55,222 nucleotides of DNA. Origin: an uncultured Dehalococcoidia bacterium. Its GTDB lineage: Bacteria > Chloroflexota > Dehalococcoidia > Lucifugimonadales > CAZGRI01. The DNA lies in NCBI GenBank assembly GCA_964528205.1, contig CAZGRI010000001.1:1-55222 (forward strand), in the 5' to 3' direction. Below, piece after piece: positions 25,885 through 34,098 of the stretch; positions within the stretch are counted from its first letter, which is position 1; every line of letters starts with the position of its first letter. Below the pieces are notes generated by a model. It did no database searches. It was not told where the DNA came from and was given only the letters and a program-made list of their open reading frames with translations. A program made the translations under genes and the position numbers.

Positions 25885-27021
25885 TCAGGACCTGAACGGA
25901 GATATCTGCTCGTAGTCACCCTTTACGATGGGTTGGGCCTCCACTTCGAGCCACTGCTCCAGTACCGTCCCGTAGATGCCCCGGAAGTCGATCGTGTGCT
26001 TCAGGTCCTCGCCGTGTTCCCAGTCTGCTGGGTCCAGGGAGGGGTATTCAGAGTAGAGGCCGCCGTCTATGCTGTTTCCGAACATAAAGGCGCCTCCACC
26101 GGAACCGTGGTCCGTCCCGCTGCCGTTGTCGCGCATGCGGCGTCCGAACTCGGTGAACGCGAACACGGTGACGCGGTCGCCGGCGTCGTGCTCTTCCAGG
26201 TCGTCCAGGAAGTCTGAGATCGCCCCTGAGACTTCCGTCATAAGCTTGGGGTGGCCCGCCAGTTCATTGGCGTGCGTGTCGTAGCCTCCGTGGCTCGTGT
26301 AGAAGACCCTCGTTCCGAGGTCAGCCAGATGGATCCTCGCGACGTCCCTGAGGCTCTTGGCTATTGCGTTGTCCGCGTACTCCACCGACGACGTGTACCG
26401 GTCCGCGACGTCGGATAGCAGGTCCGCTCCCTTGAGAACATCCACACCCGTCTGCCCTATGTATTCCGATACCGGCCCGGTGCCTATGGCCTGTCCGTAG
26501 ATCGATTTGAAAGCCTGGATGGCCTTGTCCCGCAACTGCTCCTGTTCGAGGCGGTTCATGACCCCGTAGCCTTCCAGGTCTCCGATAGACGTGACCGGCA
26601 CTCCCGCGACCGCCATCGCTCTCGGGAGCCCCTGGCCGATGTTCACTCCGGTGAGCACGTTCTCCGAGTTCGGGTCCAGCTCTCTGACGGCCTGCCCCAG
26701 CCAGCCCTCGCTGCCAATCCTGTCCGGTTCGGCGGTGTGCCAGATGTCCATCCCCCTGAAATGAGACCTGTTCGAGTCCGGGTATCCGATGCCCTGGATA
26801 ATCGCCATCCGCTTCTCGTCATAGAGTCTCTTGAAAGGGGTCGCGTTGGAGTTGATGGCGAGCTCATCAGTTATGGGCAGGACCTCGTCCCGACCGACGA
26901 CGATCTTCTTCCGGGCATCGTAGTAGTGCTCGTTGGTGTATGGCACTATCGTGTTGATAAAGTCGTTTCCGCCGGTAAGCTGAACGACTACGAGCGTGTT
27001 CTCCGCGGTACTTGTAGCCAT
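25885..27021 (-). CDS. DUF1501 domain protein (copy 2), no Tat or Sec signal
   Basis: MATSTAENTLVVVQLTGGNDFINTIVPY, GYPDSNRSHFRGMDIWHTA, HGGYDTHA, FTEFGRRMRDNGSGTDHG. Colinear with 13445..14578. Confidence 0.85.
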   Translation of the reverse strand: MATSTAENTLVVVQLTGGNDFINTIVPYTNEHYYDARKKIVVGRDEVLPITDELAINSNATPFKRLYDEKRMAIIQGIGYPDSNRSHFRGMDIWHTAEPDRIGSEGWLGQAVRELDPNSENVLTGVNIGQGLPRAMAVAGVPVTSIGDLEGYGVMNRLEQEQLRDKAIQAFKSIYGQAIGTGPVSEYIGQTGVDVLKGADLLSDVADRYTSSVEYADNAIAKSLRDVARIHLADLGTRVFYTSHGGYDTHANELAGHPKLMTEVSGAISDFLDDLEEHDAGDRVTVFAFTEFGRRMRDNGSGTDHGSGGGAFMFGNSIDGGLYSEYPSLDPADWEHGEDLKHTIDFRGIYGTVLEQWLEVEAQPIVKGDYEQISPFRS

Positions 27022-27058
27022 GCTTGTCCCCCCGTGAGACCTTTCGGCTGAATTCGCG

Positions 27059-28465
27059 TTAGGCGAACTGGTAGTCGACGGTCGACGCCAGCATCTGCAG
27101 AACGTTGTGGACCCCTACAGAATCGGCGCCGTTTTCGTCCCTTATCTCACTCAGCTCCTTTGTATACGAGACCAGCGAGTTGTAGGTCGACTCGCTGACC
27201 CCGATCGCTCCCATAAGGTCCAGGCATCGGTCGACTATCTGTGACGGGTCGTCGTCGAGGCTGCCGGCGCGGGAGAGAATGTCTCTGACGCCGGGCTTGG
27301 ACCGGTCTTCGAACTGTCTCTCCACGAACCCGATCCTCTCGCTGAGAGTCCCGGAGTCGATCCACTCGTGGCCTGTATGCCATCCTTCCACAGTCGGGGG
27401 GTTCATCAGCCTCTGGCCCATGATCGCCAGCGGCCCTTCATACAGGGAGCCGTTCAGCGTCGTGACTGCGAACTCGTGAATGCCTGGACTTGGAGAGCTG
27501 AACTCACCGGTCTGCTTCAGCACGCCTGCTATAAGCTCGGTTGGGCTTTTGACCTTTCGGAGGTTGATCGACCTTCGGAAGAATTCGGAGCTGAACAGCT
27601 CCCTCAGGACCGCTCTCATGTCTCCGTCTGTTTCGATGAACACCTCCGAAAGCTGTGAGACGGCTTGTTTGTCCTTTGGCGGAACTGTCTGCCACGAAGG
27701 CACCTGTGTCTCGTCCTCTACAAAGAAGTTGTACAGGTGTCTGGAGATGAACCTGGCGGTCGCGGGCTGTCTGACGATGATATCGATTATGTCTTCGCCG
27801 TCGAAATTGCCCTTGTGGCAGAGGAACTCCTTCTCCCCCTCGTCGTGGTCTTCAGGCAGGAACTCGAACTCCGAGGGATAGTGCCCAACGGGATAGAGTG
27901 AAAGAGGCTGTCGGAAAGTCCATCCGGTAAACGCGCGGGAGGCGCCCTTTATATCGTCCTCCGTGTAGTTTCCGACGCCCATCGAGAACAACTCCAGTAG
28001 CTCTCTGCCGTAGTTCTCATTGATCTCGTCCTTGTGGTTCTCATTGTTGTCGAGCCAGAAGATCATGGCGGGATCGCGGGACAGCTCCAGCAGTATTCTC
28101 CTGAGATTCGTCATGCCCACTTCGCGGAACATGCCGATCTCTCTGTACATGGAGTGGCCGTGCTCGCTCTTACCCCAGGCGGCAGGGAAGAGATGGTGCA
28201 GGAAGAGGGACATCTTCTCTTCGAGCGGCCGCCTGGTGTTTACCATTCGGTACAGCCATTTGCCCACGTGGATGGCGACCTGCTCGCCGCCGTAGTACCG
28301 GTCCACGTAAGAGGTGTCCACGGCCGGAAACCGCTCCGGCGTCACCAGGTCGTCGACGATTTCCTCATAGGTCTGCTCTCTTGTCAGAACGTCGAGCTCC
28401 GCCGGCGTGGCTCCGAAGCCCGCGCGCCTCATCAGGTGGGCCACAAGCGATCGATCGGATTTCAT
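27059..28465 (-). CDS. DUF1800 domain protein (copy 2), no signal peptide
   Basis: LVAHLMRRAGFGATPAELD and RDPAMIFWLDNNENHKDEINENYGRELLELFSMGVGNYTE..SRAFTGWT. ATG 28465 has GGAGGAG 8 nt upstream. Confidence 0.85.
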   Translation of the reverse strand: MKSDRSLVAHLMRRAGFGATPAELDVLTREQTYEEIVDDLVTPERFPAVDTSYVDRYYGGEQVAIHVGKWLYRMVNTRRPLEEKMSLFLHHLFPAAWGKSEHGHSMYREIGMFREVGMTNLRRILLELSRDPAMIFWLDNNENHKDEINENYGRELLELFSMGVGNYTEDDIKGASRAFTGWTFRQPLSLYPVGHYPSEFEFLPEDHDEGEKEFLCHKGNFDGEDIIDIIVRQPATARFISRHLYNFFVEDETQVPSWQTVPPKDKQAVSQLSEVFIETDGDMRAVLRELFSSEFFRRSINLRKVKSPTELIAGVLKQTGEFSSPSPGIHEFAVTTLNGSLYEGPLAIMGQRLMNPPTVEGWHTGHEWIDSGTLSERIGFVERQFEDRSKPGVRDILSRAGSLDDDPSQIVDRCLDLMGAIGVSESTYNSLVSYTKELSEIRDENGADSVGVHNVLQMLASTVDYQFA

Positions 28466-28611
28466 GACAGATTCTCCTCCGGCATCACCACACACTCCTT
28501 CCGCGGAAGGACTTGGCTCTCGGTGATACCATGGACCCAATCATAGCGGCGCTGTCAACCGTTCCGGACTGCGGTCTACATACCATATGTCCGTGGTGTC
28601 TAGCCAGCCTT

Positions 28612-28638
28612 CTGGATTCCGGCTTTCGCCGGAATGGC
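28612..28638. repeat. REP-like GC hairpin repeat unit
   Basis: ctggattccggctttcgccggaatggc. The stem is ccggc/gccgg. Confidence 0.7.
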
Positions 28639-28651
28639 GGGCCCGTGAGGA

Positions 28652-28721
28652 CGGGACGTCCCGGTGGGCTTCAAACTGGGCACTTCAGTGTCCGGGACGT
28701 TACGCTCTCCCGGACTGAAGT
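28652..28721. other. Cluster of inverted repeats: a perfect 12-bp palindrome plus a ~14-bp-stem hairpin
   Basis: cgggacgtcccg (28652-28663). acttcagtgtccggga (28682-28697) pairs with tcccggactgaagt (28708-28721) with a 2-nt bulge. The core TCCGGGAC/GTCCCGG recurs four times. Confidence 0.5.
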
Positions 28722-28809
28722 CCGGGGTTTGATCCCCATGAAACGACAGGAGATACCCATAGCGCAGACCGGCCTCCGCCCGGTGGAAGGTCGTCCCGTG
28801 GAAGGATGC

Positions 28810-28860
28810 CTACTCGCCCCGGACCTGTTTGAACAGGCGTAGCCAGTTGCCGCCCAACAC
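28810..28860 (-). pseudogene. 51-nt remnant of an M19 dipeptidase 3' end
   Basis: The minus-strand translation VLGGNWLRLFKQVRGE* compares with the intact M19 C-terminus ...MGGNWLRLFEQVWGE* (29887..). About 60 nt align at roughly 85% nucleotide identity, judged by eye. Confidence 0.65.
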
Positions 28861-28870
28861 GTTACCGTCT

Positions 28871-29617
28871 CTAGTCTCGCGGGGCGCTCCGAAGCCCTTG
28901 GGTGACCGATGCCACCTCCTCCACGATCTCTAGGGGATTCCAGCCGACTTCGGCCTTGTCCCGGAAGAATCTGCCAGTGAGCTCCCTCGGCTGCGTGATC
29001 AGCCAGAGAGCGGTCTCGGCGGACTCGCGCGGGTCCCCCGGCGCGTTGGGAGCCATATCGGTTCGGACCATACCCGGCGACATCGCGTTCACGGTTACCC
29101 TGCCCGACAGAGCGTTGGCGGAGGCGATGGTCAGGGCGTGCAGGGCTGCCTTGGAGACACCGTAGGCGCCCAAGAGGCGCGGCGAGACAATGCCACTGAT
29201 AGACCCCACGTTGACGACCCGGGGGTCCTCTGCTTGGAGCAGGAAAGGCAAGAGCCGCTTGGTGCAGAGGTAGGGACCGATGACGTTGACCCGGAGCGTG
29301 GACTCGAAGACCTCGTCCGGCTGGCCCGCCAAGTCTCGACCTTGAGGTGGGGAGATCCCAGCATTATTGACCAGGATATCGAGCCGCCTCCAGTTCTCCT
29401 GGACCCATGCGGCCATCCGGTCCACATCCATGGCTACAGAGACGTCGGCCTGCAAGGTCAGAAGATCCGGCAGCCCCTCTCGGGCCTGAGCCAGCCTGGC
29501 ATGATCCCGAGAGATGGCCAGGACGCGCGCGCCGTTTTCCAGGAAAATCTTGGCGATCTGGTAGCCGATGCCGCGACTCCCGCCGGTGACGACGGCAAGC
29601 TTGCCTGAGAGAACCAT
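28871..29617 (-). CDS. SDR family oxidoreductase
   Basis: TGGSRGIGYQ, NNAG, and S..YGVSK. The second ATG (29617) sits 6 nt after AAGGAAG. Confidence 0.9.
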   Translation of the reverse strand: MVLSGKLAVVTGGSRGIGYQIAKIFLENGARVLAISRDHARLAQAREGLPDLLTLQADVSVAMDVDRMAAWVQENWRRLDILVNNAGISPPQGRDLAGQPDEVFESTLRVNVIGPYLCTKRLLPFLLQAEDPRVVNVGSISGIVSPRLLGAYGVSKAALHALTIASANALSGRVTVNAMSPGMVRTDMAPNAPGDPRESAETALWLITQPRELTGRFFRDKAEVGWNPLEIVEEVASVTQGLRSAPRD

Positions 29618-29886
29618 ACACATCTTCCTTTCTACTCGTTGATGATGTCTACTTTCGTCCGTCTGTCCGATCAGGTTGCATTTCGAGTATATGATTTGCT
29701 GTCAATCAGCGGGGGCTGTTGCCGAACTCGACCGAGGGGCTGGTCCTGGACATGATGGGGGGAGCGGTGGCCTTCGGGCCACCTCTCTGGCGAAGGCCTT
29801 GCGATTGGTCAACCGTGCCCCGAAACGGGACAGTGCGCTTTATCGGGCGATGGCAGGTAGGGGAAGTGACCTTCGTGGAGGACGGC

Positions 29887-30888
29887 CTACTCGCCCCAGA
29901 CCTGTTCGAACAGCCGCAGCCAGTTGCCCCCCATGACCTTGGCGATATCGTTGGCCTGATATCCCCTGGCGCTCAGGGCGAGCGCGATGTTGAAGAACTT
30001 GTCCGGCGTCTCCATGCCTTCCGGGTGGACCAGCGGGTCGGGATAGGCCACGTTCCTTTCCTGGAGCTTCGTCCCCTGCTGGGAGAATATCCAGTCGAAG
30101 AAGGCCTTTGGCTGATCCTGGGTGAAGTCGGTGCCGATGCCGACGTGGTCTATGCCCACCCTCTCGACCAGGTCGTCGATGGCGTCCACGTAGTCGTCCA
30201 GGGTGGAGTCGAAGCCTTTTCTGAGAAACGGCGGAAAGGCGTTGGCTCCTATGACACCGCCCTTTTCGGCGATCAGGTCCAACGCGTCGTCGGCCTTGTT
30301 CCTCACGTGATCGAAGAACGCCCGGGCGTTGGCGTGGGTGCAGGCGACGGGCTGCTCGGAAAGCTCGGCCGCGTCCAGAGTCGTGCGGTCGCCGACGTGG
30401 GACAGGTCTACCAGGATGCCCAGTCGGTTCATCTCTCTGACCGCGTCGACGCCGAAGTTGCTGAGCCCCTCGTCGGTGCGTTCGTAGCACCCGTTGCCCA
30501 GCAGGTTACGCTCGTTGTAGGTGACCTGTATGATCCTGACTCCGAGGGAGTGGAAGAGCGCCAGCCGGTCGAGGTCGTTCTCGATGGGGGAGGCGTTCTG
30601 CCACCCGAAGACGACGCCTACATCGCCCTGCTCCTTGGCCTGCATGATCTCCCGGACCGACGTGGCCTGGACCAGGTGGTCCTCGGTCCTGAACCTTCGC
30701 AGCCACGCCTTGATGTTGTCCACGCACTCCCGGTAGTTCTCCCAGACCGTTATGGTCGCGTTGATGGCGCTGACGCCGCCGGCGTGCAGGCTCCTGTACA
30801 CCGCCGGGCTGTCCCAGTTGCTGACGTTCAGCGCGTCGATCACTACGGAGCTGTCATACAGTCTGTTAACGGAGTCTTGTTGGGTCAT
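29887..30888 (-). CDS. Membrane (renal-type) dipeptidase, peptidase family M19
   Basis: VIDALNVSNWD..., DLSHVGDRT, HVGIGTDF, NWLRLFEQV. ATG 30888 lies 5 nt after the upstream gene's TAG and 8 nt after GGAG. Confidence 0.85.
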   Translation of the reverse strand: MTQQDSVNRLYDSSVVIDALNVSNWDSPAVYRSLHAGGVSAINATITVWENYRECVDNIKAWLRRFRTEDHLVQATSVREIMQAKEQGDVGVVFGWQNASPIENDLDRLALFHSLGVRIIQVTYNERNLLGNGCYERTDEGLSNFGVDAVREMNRLGILVDLSHVGDRTTLDAAELSEQPVACTHANARAFFDHVRNKADDALDLIAEKGGVIGANAFPPFLRKGFDSTLDDYVDAIDDLVERVGIDHVGIGTDFTQDQPKAFFDWIFSQQGTKLQERNVAYPDPLVHPEGMETPDKFFNIALALSARGYQANDIAKVMGGNWLRLFEQVWGE

Positions 30889-30893
30889 GCTAT

Positions 30894-32132
30894 CTACTCC
30901 GGGAAGAGCGACATCTGGTCCTTCGGCGACGGCTCCCGGGGGCGCTGGCTCCGGAAGTGTTTGCTCAGCCACAACTCCTGGTTCTGGTAGGAGGAACCAA
31001 TATCCGGCCCGTAGAGCTTCTCAGGGGGCTTCGCCATCGTCTCGAACTCCAGCCGGGCGATCCGCTGGCCGTGCTCGAGCGCAAATGGGACATCGTGCGC
31101 CCTTACCTCCAGGACCGCCCGGCTGCCCGCGCTTCGGTCCGTGGGAGGATATCCGAAGCCGGGGTCGAAGAACCCTGCGTAGTGGGTCCTCAGCTCCCCA
31201 CTGGTGGGGTCGTACGCAGCCAGCTCCGCCGCAAGGTCCTCGTTGACGGCAACACGCTCACTCGATACGAGGAGATAGAACTCCTCGGGTTCCAGGATCA
31301 GGCGATGGCCTCGGATAGACTCCACGGGCTCCCAGAAGTCCTCCGCCCGGTACTCCCCTCGCTTCGATAGATCGAGGAGTGCGCTGTTTTTCTTGGCACG
31401 GTATCCGACGTGCCCATCGGCGTCGCCCAGGAGGTCCACCGTCAAGAACACGCCTTTGGCGATGTCTGCGGGCTCGTAACCTGTGCCGGGCGAGTATAGC
31501 AACGGAGACCTGGCGTGTTTCCGCTGGAGCTCCGCGGTAGTGACCCTTTTGTCCCCATGCACAAGCCTGACCTGATTGAGAGATAGTCCCTCTTGTACCT
31601 GGACGGTAAACGAGCGTGACACCACCTCGAGATACACCGGGCCCGAGTAGTTTTCCGGGATTTCGTCGAAGCCGGTGCCGTGGTCGACCACTACGCGTGT
31701 GAAGATGTCCAGCCGGCCCGTCGAGCTCTTGGGGTTGGCTCTCGCACTCACCCGGGACGGCAAGTTCATGCGCTCCATCAGGCGGATCAGATAAGGACGG
31801 TTCCTCTCCAATACCGCGCCGTCGCCGCTGAGAGGGATTTCGGGCCCGATCTGATGCTCGCGCAGCCTGCTGTGTACTGTCTTGCTTCCCGGCAAAAAGC
31901 TGCTTCTGAGTCTGTAGGCCGTGGCGCCCAGCCGGAGGTCAAGGCTCGCCGGCTGGATACTCGCTTCCGGGACCTCGTTGTCAGCGGCCGTTACCCACCC
32001 GCGACGGATTGCGTCCACCAGCTCTCCGTCGGGAAGAACGCCCTCGGGGAATCCCGGTGGAAGCGTTTCGCCGAGGACGGAGCGGTCGGGCTCTTGATGG
32101 CCGGTCGAACTCAGAGTCTGCTCCGCTTTCAT
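30894..32132 (-). CDS. Long-form 2'-deoxycytidine 5'-triphosphate deaminase-like protein (DCD family)
   Basis: IQPASLDLRLGATAYRLRSSFLPG, RANPKSSTGRLDIFTRV, and a second half with LEVRAHDVPFALEHGQRIARLEF. This is the duplicated dCTP-deaminase/dUTPase-like fold. Confidence 0.7.
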   Translation of the reverse strand: MKAEQTLSSTGHQEPDRSVLGETLPPGFPEGVLPDGELVDAIRRGWVTAADNEVPEASIQPASLDLRLGATAYRLRSSFLPGSKTVHSRLREHQIGPEIPLSGDGAVLERNRPYLIRLMERMNLPSRVSARANPKSSTGRLDIFTRVVVDHGTGFDEIPENYSGPVYLEVVSRSFTVQVQEGLSLNQVRLVHGDKRVTTAELQRKHARSPLLYSPGTGYEPADIAKGVFLTVDLLGDADGHVGYRAKKNSALLDLSKRGEYRAEDFWEPVESIRGHRLILEPEEFYLLVSSERVAVNEDLAAELAAYDPTSGELRTHYAGFFDPGFGYPPTDRSAGSRAVLEVRAHDVPFALEHGQRIARLEFETMAKPPEKLYGPDIGSSYQNQELWLSKHFRSQRPREPSPKDQMSLFPE

Positions 32133-32268
32133 GATCTTCGATCCTGCGGGCGAGTTGCCGTAGCCATTGCAGTGGCCGCGCTGGAGTGGCGTCGAGCCGC
32201 CACGCGTCCGCGAATTGCGGTCTGCCCGGTCCGCACCCGGTCAGGTCACGTGACGGACTGAAGCCCGC

Positions 32269-33063
32269 CTACTTCTCGGCGACCACCGGGTTGGACAGCA
32301 CGCCGATCCCCGAAGCCTCGATCTCGACGACGTCGCCCGGTTGGATAGGGCCTACGCCATGGTCGGTGCCCGTCAGGATTACGTCGCCCGGTGAAAGACT
32401 GATGGCGGTGCTCAGATACGAGACCAGGAACGGGACAGTGAACAGAAGGTCGGAGGTGTTGAAGTCTTGCTTGGTTTCGCCGTTTACGCGGGCCTTTAGC
32501 TGCTGGTTGGCCGGGTCCAGGTCGGTCTCGATGACCGGGCCCAGAGGGCAGAAGCTGTCGAACCCTTTGCCGATCAGCAGGGTGCCCATGTCCATCTCTG
32601 CAAACTGGATCATGCGGGCGCTCACGTCGTTCCCGCAGCAGTAGCCCAGGACGTAGTCCAGCGCGTCGGCCTCGGACACGTGGCGGGCCTCCTTGCCGAT
32701 GACGACGACGAGCTCGGCCTCGAACTCGACCTGCTTGTCGCCACTCTCGGTTACGTGGGAAGAGCTTGGGTAGACGATCGGCTGGCCCGGCCCGGTTACC
32801 GCGGTGGAGGGCTTCATGAAGAGCATCGGGAACTTGGGCGTCTCGCGCCCGGTCTCCAGGATATGAGCCTTGTAGTTGAGCCCCGCGCCTATGACCTTGC
32901 CGGGGTCCACCGGCGCCAGCACCTGTAGGTCGCCCAGCTTGCCGGCATCGGCCCCGACGTCGAACCTGCCGAAGGGCGAGCCGACGAGCTCCCGGACGGT
33001 ATCGTCCGGACCCAGGACGCCGTACCGGGCCTCCCCGTTGCTGTCGTAACGCAGTATCTTCAT
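32269..33063 (-). CDS. Fumarylacetoacetate hydrolase (FAH) family protein
   Basis: MKILRY..., GAGLNYKAH, FMKPSTAV, EAELVVVIGK, KGFDSFCPLGP and PGDVILTGT. Confidence 0.9.
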   Translation of the reverse strand: MKILRYDSNGEARYGVLGPDDTVRELVGSPFGRFDVGADAGKLGDLQVLAPVDPGKVIGAGLNYKAHILETGRETPKFPMLFMKPSTAVTGPGQPIVYPSSSHVTESGDKQVEFEAELVVVIGKEARHVSEADALDYVLGYCCGNDVSARMIQFAEMDMGTLLIGKGFDSFCPLGPVIETDLDPANQQLKARVNGETKQDFNTSDLLFTVPFLVSYLSTAISLSPGDVILTGTDHGVGPIQPGDVVEIEASGIGVLSNPVVAEK

Positions 33064-33081
33064 GCCATCAATGTCCTTTCG

Positions 33082-34044
33082 CTAGGAAGCCGTCGTGACC
33101 GAGGGCGCCGACTCGCGCTTGAAAGCCTCGTACATCCCAGCCACGTCCGCTTCCATCGGGTCGCCGTCGTGGGCCAGGATGCGTATGCCCAGGTCGAACT
33201 CGTCGCCCCGGTTGAGGACGATCTTCTCCGTCTGGACCGGGTTCACGTTGATGCTGCCAAAGTCGAAGGCGATCCAGGGGATCCCCTCGGCCGACGCGTG
33301 GGGGATGACGGTGATGCCAGCTTGTTTTCCGTGCGCAGCCGGGCCGAACATCGACACCCAATCGGCCATGGCGCCGGTTATATCCCCGGCCGTCTTCCGT
33401 CCCTCGGAGTCCAGCAAAGAGCCGCCGTTGATGGGCCGCATCTGGTCCTCCAGGCGAATCGTGTAGTAGGCGTGGCGCGCGGGGCCGATTGTGACGTCCC
33501 AGTCGGTGGGCCGGAGCTGGGAGCGTATGTCGATGACGTTGGCCACGTCGCCGGGACGGATGTCGATGGTGCGGGTCTCCTCGGCCACCACGCGGCGTCC
33601 CAGAGGCGGCGGAGCGCCCCACTCCTCGGGGCCCTGCCACTGTACTTGCTGCACGATCCTCAGATGGTCGTCCGAAACCTCTTCGGCGTCGAACGAGGTC
33701 ACCCAGATTCGGCCGGGCGACCGGCCCTGGAAGGTGGCGTTGACGTAGAAGTTGTACGTCGCCTCCTCGATCAGCGCGGACTGCTTTGGTATCAGGGGCG
33801 GCAGCATGACGAAGAAGACGTCGGCGCTTATCGTGATCGAGTTGTGGTGGGGATGGTCCACCGGGCTCTCCGTGGTCAATGGAACGCCCGAAGGGCTGTA
33901 GACGGGATACAGGTAGGCTCGTTCCAGCCCCTGAGTCAGGTCCGTGATGGGTTTGCCCCGCCAGCTGATCTTGACGTTGCGGAACCTGGGGGTGGCCCCT
34001 TTCGGCAGGTTGAGCTCCTCGACGCCGACCTCGAAGTTTTTCAT
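33082..34044 (-). CDS. PmoA-like / DUF6807 family protein
   Basis: YLYPVYSPSGVPLTTESPVDHPHHNSI resembles the family's HPY.HP...P.G......P.DH.HH motif. It lies directly downstream of a Gfo/Idh/MocA oxidoreductase, which is the usual partner. ATG 34044 follows GAGGAGAAGG by 8 nt. Confidence 0.6.
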   Translation of the reverse strand: MKNFEVGVEELNLPKGATPRFRNVKISWRGKPITDLTQGLERAYLYPVYSPSGVPLTTESPVDHPHHNSITISADVFFVMLPPLIPKQSALIEEATYNFYVNATFQGRSPGRIWVTSFDAEEVSDDHLRIVQQVQWQGPEEWGAPPPLGRRVVAEETRTIDIRPGDVANVIDIRSQLRPTDWDVTIGPARHAYYTIRLEDQMRPINGGSLLDSEGRKTAGDITGAMADWVSMFGPAAHGKQAGITVIPHASAEGIPWIAFDFGSINVNPVQTEKIVLNRGDEFDLGIRILAHDGDPMEADVAGMYEAFKRESAPSVTTAS

Positions 34045-34098
34045 GTTGCCCACCTTCTCCTCGACACGACTGCGTGTCTGTCCAGGCGATTCGCGGCC

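Noticed and set aside
29650-29700. TTGACA ... TATACT on the minus strand upstream of the SDR 28871..29617, considered as a promoter
   Set aside because: The spacer is only about 8 nt, which is incompatible with a sigma70-type promoter.
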